Below, one piece after another: positions 1 through 8,692 of a stretch of DNA of 64,000 nucleotides. Position numbers and translations under genes: made by a program. Positions within the stretch are counted from its first letter, which is position 1; every line of letters starts with the position of its first letter. The notes under the pieces are model-generated. The model was not told the origin of the DNA, searched no databases, and was given only the letters and a program-made list of their open reading frames with translations. The stretch lies in IMG/VR virus record IMGVR_UViG_3300022602_000028, one strand, 5' to 3'. The DNA is from a virus.

Positions 1-52
1 GTTCGAGCTGATAAGCGAAGAACAGATGAACGTAGTTCATCTACTAATACCG

Positions 53-59
53 ATAAATA
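53..59 (+). promoter_or_regulatory. T4-late-like promoter motif ATAAATA
   Basis: gATAAATAtctacATG; the motif recurs upstream of most transcription units in the window. Confidence 0.6.
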
Positions 60-64
60 TCTAC

Positions 65-1468
65 ATGAAAGTTACAGAAATTATCTTAAGAGAAAATCAC
101 GACTTAAAAGAAGGCGAAATAGGACTTGGTCGAAAATTATATCGTTTAGATCGTGGATTCACTGCGGCTGAAACTAAGTTTATAAATGACTATACTACTA
201 GATATGCCTATGAAGCCACACTGCATGAAACACGATATCCCGGTGTAAAATTTGACAGTTTTGCTGACTGGCTAAAAAAATTACGCCAAGCTGATCCTAA
301 ACTTGACCAAGTTGAAATGTTAAATGATCCTACTATTATTCAACAAATGATTAAGGTAGCTGAGAAAAAAACCAAGGAAGCTATAGACAACGCTATAAAG
401 GCGGCTAAGAAAGGCGAAATGGATACGAAACCTCTTAAGGCATTTGACGGTTCAAGTATTATTCGAAAAATTTACTCATTAGGATATCCTGCACTAGTGA
501 TGGCCGCTATCGAGGAACCTACTAGACAATATCTAACACATAGAGCTTCCTTAAACTATTGGTTATCTAGAGGAGTTATATCTTATAATGCAAGTAAACA
601 AAATGCCGATCCTAGTTATAAAGATAAGCCAGAAGATTTGAAAAGATGGGCTACACTATCAAACGAACAATTTTATCATACATACATAACTACATTGACT
701 GCTAATCTTATGACACTGTTACCGGGGTTAACTGTTACAGCCGCAGACAAACTGACTGCTGGCAGTATCTTATGGGAGTGGATTGTAAAATTGCTTCCAG
801 GTTTAGGAAAAATTGTAGGCAATAAGGGACTAAAATGGTTAACTACTCCTGGCAAAGGCGCTCTCAAGTTACTTTTTAGTACTTTACAAATTACTTTATT
901 ATGGGACATAAATGAAGCTCCCGGTTTAGATAGTGATCAAAAAGGAATTGCTAATTTGTCCGATCTAGTATGGGTAAAGGTAAATGAATATTCAAATAAC
1001 AATACAGAATGGGGTTGGTATGAAGGCCCTGACTTGGCTAGACAATACATGTGGACGGATACTTTATCTATAGGGGATCGTGCAGTAAACAATGTGTCTA
1101 GTGCAATAAAATCCGCCTGGGAAAGTTCTACAATTCAAACAATTATTAAGAAAATTGAAGAGTTACCAATTGCAGAACCAGAGCTAGGTAAACTTGACAA
1201 AAAAGTTAACACACCTCCTGCACCTACTCCAGAGCCTGGTCAGCCAGAAGGCCCAGGAAAAGGTGATGGCAAAACTATACCTCCCGGAGAACCCGGTAAT
1301 CCTCCTGAACAGCCCGGCAGCCCAGCAAAACCCAAACCTAGAGAAATTGGCTACATTAATGATGCAGGATGGGAAATTGTGAGGAAATCCGGTGATAGGA
1401 CAATCTGGAAACATCCTAATATACCACAAGTAGCTATTCAAGAACCTGGTGAACCTGAACCTAGTTAA
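65..1468 (+). CDS. hypothetical protein with Pro/Gly-rich C-terminal linker, possibly an internal head protein (467 aa)
   Basis: ORF track 26..1468; start moved to ATG 65 (MKVTEIILRE), which follows ATAAATA; PGEPGNPPEQPGSP tail. Confidence 0.6.
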   Translation: MKVTEIILRENHDLKEGEIGLGRKLYRLDRGFTAAETKFINDYTTRYAYEATLHETRYPGVKFDSFADWLKKLRQADPKLDQVEMLNDPTIIQQMIKVAEKKTKEAIDNAIKAAKKGEMDTKPLKAFDGSSIIRKIYSLGYPALVMAAIEEPTRQYLTHRASLNYWLSRGVISYNASKQNADPSYKDKPEDLKRWATLSNEQFYHTYITTLTANLMTLLPGLTVTAADKLTAGSILWEWIVKLLPGLGKIVGNKGLKWLTTPGKGALKLLFSTLQITLLWDINEAPGLDSDQKGIANLSDLVWVKVNEYSNNNTEWGWYEGPDLARQYMWTDTLSIGDRAVNNVSSAIKSAWESSTIQTIIKKIEELPIAEPELGKLDKKVNTPPAPTPEPGQPEGPGKGDGKTIPPGEPGNPPEQPGSPAKPKPREIGYINDAGWEIVRKSGDRTIWKHPNIPQVAIQEPGEPEPS

Positions 1469-1698
1469 ATTAAAGTCATTCCGGTATTTTTAGTAGTTTC
1501 TATATTTTCTTTTATAATAGAGTATGCGGCTTCCCTATCATCATGGCTGAATGTATAAAGTAAATCATTTACAGTTAAACCGCCACGCATATACCAACTA
1601 ATTCTAAATAGTTCTAATTTAAAATCTGAGATTTCCTTATCAAGCCTAATTAAACGTTCTCGAATTTGTTCAGGACTTAGTCCAATTAGGCTTAGACG
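1465..1698 (-). CDS. small gp51-like/tail-assembly-chaperone extension ORF, probably reached by -1 frameshift (an ATG at 1590 would give only 41 aa)
   Basis: Not in the ORF track. Manual translation gives RLSLIGLSPEQIRERLIRLDKEISDFKLELFRISWYMRGGLTVNDLLYTFSHDDREAAYSIIKENIETTKNTGMTLI*; the frame is open from 1743 to 1465. Confidence 0.65.
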   Translation of the reverse strand, partial: RLSLIGLSPEQIRERLIRLDKEISDFKLELFRISWYMRGGLTVNDLLYTFSHDDREAAYSIIKENIETTKNTGMTLI

Positions 1699-2513
1699 AA
1701 AAAATTTGAAGGATCTAATTCTATAGTGGCAATATTTTCTTGGTTACATTCGGCACATTTAACATTATAGCCTTGAAATTTCCAAGTTTTTCTGTTTTGT
1801 TCAATTTTAGCAGTAATAGCATCAAATATACTTTTATCGCAATTACGCATGTATTCTGTGATAAAATTTCTTTCAGTGACATTGGCGTTAGGAGTTTCAA
1901 TAGATTCCACGCAAGCAATATAACTTTCTATTTGTATCTGACTTAGATCTTTAAACATTTTTGAAATAACATTGTTTCTTTCAGTTTCGTCTTCAATCAA
2001 TTGAGCTTGAGATACTTTTTGTTGCATTTCGTAATTTTTGATATTAATTTCAGTGGCCTGTTTATAGTCTAACGGTTGAATTTTAATAATTAAATCTTGC
2101 AGTACAATTTTGTTATCATACTGACATGAACTAAGATGATCAGTTATTTTTGTAAGATCTAAATTGTAATCATTTTCAGTTGCGCAACCTGGACAAGTGT
2201 GTGTAACAGCCATTTCGTTTCCATATGTAGCTATACGAATAGCAGTAAACAATAACTCAGTATCTAAAACACTAACTCCCCATGCATTTTTAATACTTGG
2301 GCAACAGCTTTCAATAACTCTTACAGTACTTTCTCCGGTAACTAAGGCATCTGGAGTTTTAACAATAATTTCATCCATTCCAGTCATACCGTATACTGGC
2401 AAATTGTTTATATCGCCTTGAATAGTGCCGGGGCTGTTATAAACACCTTGACTAGGCAATCGGACATAAATTTTAGGCTGTCTAAAGTATTGTTGTAAAG
2501 GGTTTAAACTCAT
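1692..2513 (-). CDS. gp26: baseplate hub / tail assembly protein, T4 gp26-like
   Basis: NPLQQYFRQPKIYVRLPSQG, AIRIATYG, CPGC...CAEC Zn-type motifs; GGAGA RBS at 2521-2525 on the minus strand. Confidence 0.7.
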   Translation of the reverse strand: MSLNPLQQYFRQPKIYVRLPSQGVYNSPGTIQGDINNLPVYGMTGMDEIIVKTPDALVTGESTVRVIESCCPSIKNAWGVSVLDTELLFTAIRIATYGNEMAVTHTCPGCATENDYNLDLTKITDHLSSCQYDNKIVLQDLIIKIQPLDYKQATEINIKNYEMQQKVSQAQLIEDETERNNVISKMFKDLSQIQIESYIACVESIETPNANVTERNFITEYMRNCDKSIFDAITAKIEQNRKTWKFQGYNVKCAECNQENIATIELDPSNFFV

Positions 2514-2526
2514 GGTTTTATCTCCA

Positions 2527-2552
2527 GATAAATATAATATCTAGTATTTATA
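2527..2552. promoter_or_regulatory. overlapping divergent late promoters (GATAAATA on + at 2527-2534; TATAAATA on - at 2552-2545)
   Basis: both motifs lie in the 64-nt gap between the divergent gp26-like and tape-measure-like genes. Confidence 0.6.
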
Positions 2553-2577
2553 TACGCATATTTCCAGGAATTTTTTT

Positions 2578-4956
2578 ATGGCAAAAGACGCAAACGGTAA
2601 CGACATACCAGAAGACCGCCCGGGCAATAGTAAAGCTCCGGATACAGCCGCCAAGCCAAAAACTACTGTCGATGATAAACCATTTACTAATTTTATTGAT
2701 AAACTAACAGGACTTGGTCAAGCCGCTACTAATGCCGCGGCTGGCACTAAAATGTTAGGTGATAATGCTAAACCTGCGGCAGTGGCCTTAGGCGAATTTG
2801 CGGCTACTACAAATAGTATAACATTTGGTATTGGAAATAAAGTTAAAGACGCATTAGATGTAATAGAAGATCAGCGTGTAAAAACTAATAAAGCTGGCGC
2901 ATCTGGTTTAGGCGGAGGGGATCAAACTGGATTAGTATATCAAATGGCTCGTAGTCGAATGACTACAGATCAGTACATAGATATGATGAACAAGCAAAGT
3001 GTAGCTTTGCAAGGCCTTGGTAAAAATGCTAACGAATCTGGTAAGACACTTACGCAAATGACCGCTGAGACTAGAGATAGTCAATTAGGCAAGCAATTAC
3101 AGGCTTACGGTATTACTTTGGGTGACGAGTATATGAAATTGCAGGCGTTGGGATCCATGTACACCAAAGAGAACTTGCAAGGTCCAGAAGGTTCTCAAGG
3201 TGCGGCCAACAGAAAGAAATTAGGAGAAGCTAACGCCGAACTAGCAAAAGAATTACAATTATCTGCAAATGCCACCGGACGAAATCGTGGAGAAATAGAA
3301 GCAGAAATAGAAAGTAGATTAAAAGAAGGAAAATATTCAGCTGCCTTGCAAGGCATGAATGAAGATCAAAGAAAAAACTTTATTAGAACTCAAGCACAAG
3401 TATCTGTGTTTGGTAAAAGTGCAGAAGACTTAGCCGCAACTATTGCAATAGGCGGGAGAAAAACTGAAGAGCAACAAAATTATCTAATGTCAATGGGCCC
3501 TAAGGCCTCTAGAGAATTTGAGCGTGCCGCACAACTAAGTGCAAGTAAGGACGCGGTTTCTAGAGAAGTTGGCCGTGCTATGATGAATAAGGCTTTAGCT
3601 GATGCTGCCGTATATAGACAAGATGATCCTCGCGATAGGTTTAGAAGACAAATTGCCTTAGGCGGTCCACTTGCAGATACTTTTACAAAAGCGCAAGATG
3701 AAGATAGAATTAGTCAGCGTGTAGCACAAGTTTTACGCAATAGCAATGGTACACTTACCCCACAACAAGCTCTTGATCAAGTAAGAAGAGATGCACGATT
3801 TGAAAGAAGCGCACGAAATCCTAAAGAAGCAGTACAAATTGCCGCTAACGAAAATCAAGATCGAGGCGCCAAATCTGCCGAAGCACTAGCAAAAGGATTT
3901 GACGATGCGTTTGCAAAAGGCGCTGGCACCCAAGTAGCTAAAGCAATTGACAGTTATAGTACAGCAGTCTTTGGATCAGGTCAAGCCGCAGATAAAGCCA
4001 CTAAGTATATCGATGGATTTATTAGAGCAATTACTGGCACTCCTACTCCTAAAACAACTCCACCTGTTCCTACTACCACAACAGATGGCAAACCAATACC
4101 ATCTCCAAATAAAATGCCTACTAAGGAAGAAGGAGAAGCAGAACGTAAAGCCGCACAACCTAAAATAACACCTGCAACTCCTAATCCTAGTACGCAAATG
4201 CCGTCTGGAAATACAGTTACTCCCGCAGTAACAGCACCAGTAGTAGCACCTAATCCTAGTACACAAATGCCGTCTAGTACTCCGGCAGCACCTGCGGTAA
4301 CAGCACCTACAGCACCAAATCCTAGTACGCAAACAACTCCCCAAGTAGCTAAACCTACAGTATCTACTCCGTCAATGTCTAATCCAAGTACACAAATGCC
4401 ATCATCGCCGAGTTGGTGGTCTACAAATATGCCAAGTTGGCTGGGCGGATCCGATAAACCTGTTAGCAGAGCAAATACTAGTTTAGGATCAGTTGGATCA
4501 TTGCTTGAACAATTTAGTCCAAACGGCACTCCAGCGCTATTGCATAATGAAGAAGGTGTTATTAATCGTCAACAATTAGATAATTTAGCAAAGGGAGCAA
4601 AGAATTCTGGAGTAGAAGCAGGTTATAAAGAATTTGCCAGTATGTTTGATGGAATTAAAACTAAGATAAGCTCAATCAACACACCGCAGACAACTTATAA
4701 TCCTAGTTCAATGATAAACAGTTCTTTAAAGCTACCAACTGAAGAACCAAAAATATCTGCTCCAGCAATTACTAATCAACAATCACAATCTTCTAATATA
4801 ATCACAGATTCTACAACTCTAAAAGATGTCAATGAACAACTTGTAAGGTTAAATACTGGTATAATGCAATTAGTTGCTAACAGTTCAAAAACTGTTGATT
4901 TGAACGCAATGCAAATCAAAGCTACTAAAAGCCTAAGCGGCAACAAATTTGCCTAA
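2578..4956 (+). CDS. probable tape measure / baseplate hub protein with Pro/Thr-rich repeat region
   Basis: 792 aa; Ala/Gln/Lys-rich helical N-terminal ~480 aa; four NPSTQ(MPS) repeats; adjacent to the gp26-like gene. Confidence 0.5.
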   Translation: MAKDANGNDIPEDRPGNSKAPDTAAKPKTTVDDKPFTNFIDKLTGLGQAATNAAAGTKMLGDNAKPAAVALGEFAATTNSITFGIGNKVKDALDVIEDQRVKTNKAGASGLGGGDQTGLVYQMARSRMTTDQYIDMMNKQSVALQGLGKNANESGKTLTQMTAETRDSQLGKQLQAYGITLGDEYMKLQALGSMYTKENLQGPEGSQGAANRKKLGEANAELAKELQLSANATGRNRGEIEAEIESRLKEGKYSAALQGMNEDQRKNFIRTQAQVSVFGKSAEDLAATIAIGGRKTEEQQNYLMSMGPKASREFERAAQLSASKDAVSREVGRAMMNKALADAAVYRQDDPRDRFRRQIALGGPLADTFTKAQDEDRISQRVAQVLRNSNGTLTPQQALDQVRRDARFERSARNPKEAVQIAANENQDRGAKSAEALAKGFDDAFAKGAGTQVAKAIDSYSTAVFGSGQAADKATKYIDGFIRAITGTPTPKTTPPVPTTTTDGKPIPSPNKMPTKEEGEAERKAAQPKITPATPNPSTQMPSGNTVTPAVTAPVVAPNPSTQMPSSTPAAPAVTAPTAPNPSTQTTPQVAKPTVSTPSMSNPSTQMPSSPSWWSTNMPSWLGGSDKPVSRANTSLGSVGSLLEQFSPNGTPALLHNEEGVINRQQLDNLAKGAKNSGVEAGYKEFASMFDGIKTKISSINTPQTTYNPSSMINSSLKLPTEEPKISAPAITNQQSQSSNIITDSTTLKDVNEQLVRLNTGIMQLVANSSKTVDLNAMQIKATKSLSGNKFA

Positions 4957-4968
4957 GGACAACCATAA

Positions 4969-6711
4969 ATGAGTTGGAAAAAGTATTTTACACCTGTAGC
5001 GTCAAACACATCAGGCTCACTAAGCCCTTTTAATGGCAGTACTAGCCTTGGCCCAAGCCAAACTAACTATAGTAATTATTTGCCGGACGTTTACACAGGT
5101 AGTCCTAACCGCATTGAACGTTATAGCCAGTATGAAGTAATGGATAGTGATCCAGAAGTTAATGCCGCATTAGATATTCTTGCAGAATTTTGTACACAAA
5201 AATTAAAAGATGGCAAAAGTCCATTTACTGTCAGCTGGAGAAACAAAGCTACTAACAGTGAAGTTAAAATTCTTGCAGAATATATGCAACAATGGACTAA
5301 ACTACAAAAATTTGAAACAAGAATTTTTCGTATTGTACGCAATGTATTCAAATATGGCGATGCTTTTTTTGTCAGAGATCCTGAAAATCAAAAATGGACT
5401 TATATAGATCCTAGTCAAATTATCAAAGTTATTGTAAATGAAAGCGAAGGAAAGAAACCCGAGCAGTATGTTGTTAAAGATCTAGCACCTAATTTTGAAA
5501 ATTTAGTTGTAACACAAATAACTCCTAATATTAATCCACGTAATAATGCCGCTGGCGGTAATAGTTATGGCGGTATGATGGGCAGTCCAGGTAGTAGTAA
5601 AGGTACTGTAGGTAATAGTCCTACTAGTGGAAACGGCAGTAGATTTGGTCTCAATCAACATGAAAGTGCTTTAGATGCAAAACATATTGTGCATTTAAGT
5701 CTAAGTGAAGGATTAGATAACAATTATCCATTTGGTAATAGTCTATTAGAAAATATTTTTAAAGTTTACAAACAAAAAGAGCTATTAGAAGACGCAATTT
5801 TAATTTATCGTATACAACGTGCTCCTGAAAGACGTGTATTTCATATCGACGTAGGTAATATGCCTAGCCATTTAGCTATGGCATTCGTAGAACGTGTTAA
5901 GAATGAGATACATCAACGTAGAATTCCTAGTCAATCAGGTGGCGGACAAAATGTTATCGACTCTGCTTATAATCCTTTAAGCATTAATGAAGACTATTTC
6001 TTTCCAACAACAGCAGAAGGACGTGGATCTAAAGTAGAAACATTGCCCGGCGGGACTAACTTAGGTGAAATTGATGACTTAAAGTACTTTACTAACAAGT
6101 TATTCCGTGGTTTGCGTATTCCAAGTAGCTATTTGCCTACTGGTGCAGACGATAGCCAAGCAAGTTTTAATGATGGACGAGTAGGAACAGCATACATTCA
6201 AGAGTTACGCTTTAACAAATACTGTGAAAGACTACAAAGTCTTATTACATCTGTGTTTGATGAAGAGTTTAAGATGTATATGCATGCCAAAGGACTTAAT
6301 TTAGATGCTAATTTATTTGAATTAAAGTTTAATCCTCCGATGAACTTTGCCAGTTCACGTCAAGCAAGCATTGATGCAGAACGTATTAATACATTTAATA
6401 CCATTCAAGCAGTACCATTTATGTCAAAACGTTTTGCATTAAAGCGTTTCTTAGGTTTAACAGACGAAGAAGTAGCAGAAAACGAACGTTTATGGGGCGA
6501 GGAAGCTGGAAAAGGCGAACCTACAATGACTGATGCCGCTGGAGAAATGCGTAGTGCAGGCTTATCTGCCGCCGGCATTGAAGGAGATTTAGGCGCCGCA
6601 GGTGATATGACTCCTCCAGATGATATGCAAGAAGAACCAGGAGCAGAAAGTCAAGCTACAGCCGCTGGACAAACAGCAGGCACACCTGCTCCAACAGCAC
6701 CACCAGCATAA
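4969..6711 (+). CDS. gp20: portal protein, T4 gp20-like
   Basis: LEDAILIYRIQRAPERRVFHIDVGNMP, EDYFFP...GRGSKVETLPGG, DDLKYF..KLFRGLRIPSS motifs. Confidence 0.95.
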   Translation: MSWKKYFTPVASNTSGSLSPFNGSTSLGPSQTNYSNYLPDVYTGSPNRIERYSQYEVMDSDPEVNAALDILAEFCTQKLKDGKSPFTVSWRNKATNSEVKILAEYMQQWTKLQKFETRIFRIVRNVFKYGDAFFVRDPENQKWTYIDPSQIIKVIVNESEGKKPEQYVVKDLAPNFENLVVTQITPNINPRNNAAGGNSYGGMMGSPGSSKGTVGNSPTSGNGSRFGLNQHESALDAKHIVHLSLSEGLDNNYPFGNSLLENIFKVYKQKELLEDAILIYRIQRAPERRVFHIDVGNMPSHLAMAFVERVKNEIHQRRIPSQSGGGQNVIDSAYNPLSINEDYFFPTTAEGRGSKVETLPGGTNLGEIDDLKYFTNKLFRGLRIPSSYLPTGADDSQASFNDGRVGTAYIQELRFNKYCERLQSLITSVFDEEFKMYMHAKGLNLDANLFELKFNPPMNFASSRQASIDAERINTFNTIQAVPFMSKRFALKRFLGLTDEEVAENERLWGEEAGKGEPTMTDAAGEMRSAGLSAAGIEGDLGAAGDMTPPDDMQEEPGAESQATAAGQTAGTPAPTAPPA

Positions 6712-6714
6712 ATA
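6708..6714 (+). promoter_or_regulatory. late promoter ATAAATA overlapping the portal stop codon
   Basis: gcATAAATAcaatATG. Confidence 0.6.
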
Positions 6715-6718
6715 CAAT

Positions 6719-6958
6719 ATGATTTTAAGAGAATTGTTTTACATTGATCCTGATACAAGACATGTGGCTAATGATTTACGCTACGAGCCTAAACGTGACG
6801 ATACAGTTATGCACAGAACTGACACACGTAAAACCAGATTAACTTTAAAACAACTTAATGAACTACGTAAAAGTAGTGAAGCACATATACTAGAACAAGA
6901 GAACGAACTAGAATTTATACATTCAATGTACGCAACTCCACCGGCTCCACCGGCATAA
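6719..6958 (+). CDS. small head-module protein (79 aa)
   Basis: MILRELFYID...RKTRLTLKQLNELRK; lies between portal and scaffold genes; start moved from 6620 to 6719. Confidence 0.7.
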   Translation: MILRELFYIDPDTRHVANDLRYEPKRDDTVMHRTDTRKTRLTLKQLNELRKSSEAHILEQENELEFIHSMYATPPAPPA

Positions 6959-7022
6959 TAAAGAAAAATTGTCAAAACTGACTATTTTTCGTCTATATCC
7001 ATACACTTTTTTAACAAAAGTG

Positions 7023-7028
7023 TAAATA
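7023..7028 (+). promoter_or_regulatory. late promoter TAAATA for the head operon
   Basis: gTAAATAta upstream of AGGAGA RBS and ATG 7074. Confidence 0.55.
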
Positions 7029-7073
7029 TAATACAGCCTTGTATCACAATTACAAATCACAGGAGAAATAAAC

Positions 7074-8036
7074 ATGACTGACCGCGCTCAATTTGAAGCC
7101 ATGCTAGAAGCTTTGATCAATGATGATCAACAGGCAGCAAAAGAAATATTTCATAATATCGTAGTAGGCAAAAGCCGTGAAATCTACGAAAGTCTTTTAG
7201 AAGACGACTTTGGTGGTGAAGAGACACCAATGGAGGAAGAGGAAGAGGAAGAGTCTAAGCCTAAAGCCAAAGACCAAGGTAACCCATATGGCTCAGATGA
7301 TGATGCAGAAGATGATGATGCAGAAGATGATGATGCAGAAGATGATGATGCAGAAGATGATGATGCAGAAGATGATGATGCAGAAGATGACATGAGCTTC
7401 GGCGATGACGACGGTGAAGAAGGTGGCGATATTGAAGATCGCGTAATGGATCTAGAAGATGCATTAGAAGACCTAAAAGCAGAATTTGAACAATTAATGG
7501 CCGACGAAGAGCATGAGCCAGAACATCACGATGGTATCGATGATCCATCATTTGGTGGCGATGAAATGGGCGGCGATTTAGAAACAGAATTAATGGAATA
7601 CGTAATTCCAGTTAAAGACGGACACGGTGCAGAGCGTAAAGGTGTTTCAAGCAAGACTGTTGGATCAGGAAGCTATGAAAATGCTGGAGAAGAATATCCA
7701 AAAAGTACAATTCGTGGTGACATGGTAAACAATATGGGCGGTACAGCAAGTAACATTGCTCAGAACTATGTTGAAGTACACGGTGATGCCGGTACTAAAA
7801 ATGGTGGCGGTACACAAGGTGGATTGCTAAAGCCAAGTACACAAATGATGAACGCTGGTAATGTTAATGTTCCTGGAAATAAGAAAGCTCCAGCTTACAA
7901 AAACGATGGCAAAGGTCATGGCGCAGAGAAGAAAGGTGCTAAACCAGGTGAAATGGTAGGTGCGCATACTGGTGAAGTAGGCGGACAACGTGGCGAGCAG
8001 AACAAGCAAAGTACGCTTCGCCCAATTAAGAAATAA
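7074..8036 (+). CDS. highly acidic prohead core/scaffold-associated protein
   Basis: 320 aa, very Asp/Glu-rich; directly upstream of the prohead protease; strong RBS. Confidence 0.65.
   Translation: MTDRAQFEAMLEALINDDQQAAKEIFHNIVVGKSREIYESLLEDDFGGEETPMEEEEEEESKPKAKDQGNPYGSDDDAEDDDAEDDDAEDDDAEDDDAEDDDAEDDMSFGDDDGEEGGDIEDRVMDLEDALEDLKAEFEQLMADEEHEPEHHDGIDDPSFGGDEMGGDLETELMEYVIPVKDGHGAERKGVSSKTVGSGSYENAGEEYPKSTIRGDMVNNMGGTASNIAQNYVEVHGDAGTKNGGGTQGGLLKPSTQMMNAGNVNVPGNKKAPAYKNDGKGHGAEKKGAKPGEMVGAHTGEVGGQRGEQNKQSTLRPIKK
7296..7385 (+). repeat. 6 x 15-nt perfect tandem repeat GATGATGATGCAGAA (DDDAE x6)
   Basis: read directly from the sequence. Confidence 0.95.
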
Positions 8037-8052
8037 GAGAACATACTAGACT

Positions 8053-8679
8053 ATGTTATACCTCCGAGAGAATCTCAGTTTCAACGAAGCAAAAATGATC
8101 GTTGAGTCTGATGACAAAGAAGGAAAAAATTTATACATGTCCGGGATTTGCATCCAGGGCGGTATAAAAAACGCTAACCAGCGTGTATATCCTGTAAACG
8201 AGATTGGCAAGGCTGTCAAGACCTTAAACGATCAGATTCAAAACGGTTATTCAGTTCTCGGAGAAGTGGATCATCCAGATGATCTAAAAATTAACCTGGA
8301 CCGTGTGTCCCACATGATAGTTAATATGTGGATGGACGGTCCAAATGGTTACGGTAAACTGAAAATTTTACCAACCCCTATGGGACAACTAATCAAGACA
8401 ATGTTGGAAAGCGGAGTCAAGTTGGGTGTTTCAAGTCGCGGATCCGGAAACGTCAAAGAAGACGGATCCGGTGAAGTATCAGATTTTGAGATTATCACAG
8501 TAGATATGGTAGCTCAACCTAGTGCTCCTGGAGCATATCCTACACCAATTTATGAACACCTGATGAATAGTCGTGGTGGGTTTAATGCCTTACGCATAGC
8601 GCAAGAGGTGAAAGATGATCCCAAGGCACAGAAATATCTCAAAGAGAGCTTATTGAATATAATAAGCAAACTCCAATAA
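8053..8679 (+). CDS. gp21: prohead core protease, T4 gp21-like
   Basis: KNANQRVYP, GEVDHP, LGVSSRGSG, TVDMVAQPSAPGA motifs. Confidence 0.95.
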   Translation: MLYLRENLSFNEAKMIVESDDKEGKNLYMSGICIQGGIKNANQRVYPVNEIGKAVKTLNDQIQNGYSVLGEVDHPDDLKINLDRVSHMIVNMWMDGPNGYGKLKILPTPMGQLIKTMLESGVKLGVSSRGSGNVKEDGSGEVSDFEIITVDMVAQPSAPGAYPTPIYEHLMNSRGGFNALRIAQEVKDDPKAQKYLKESLLNIISKLQ

Positions 8680-8692
8680 TAAGGAGAATCAT

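Noticed and set aside
7296-7385. CRISPR-like array
   Set aside because: The 15-nt repeats are contiguous, have no spacers and are in frame within a CDS.
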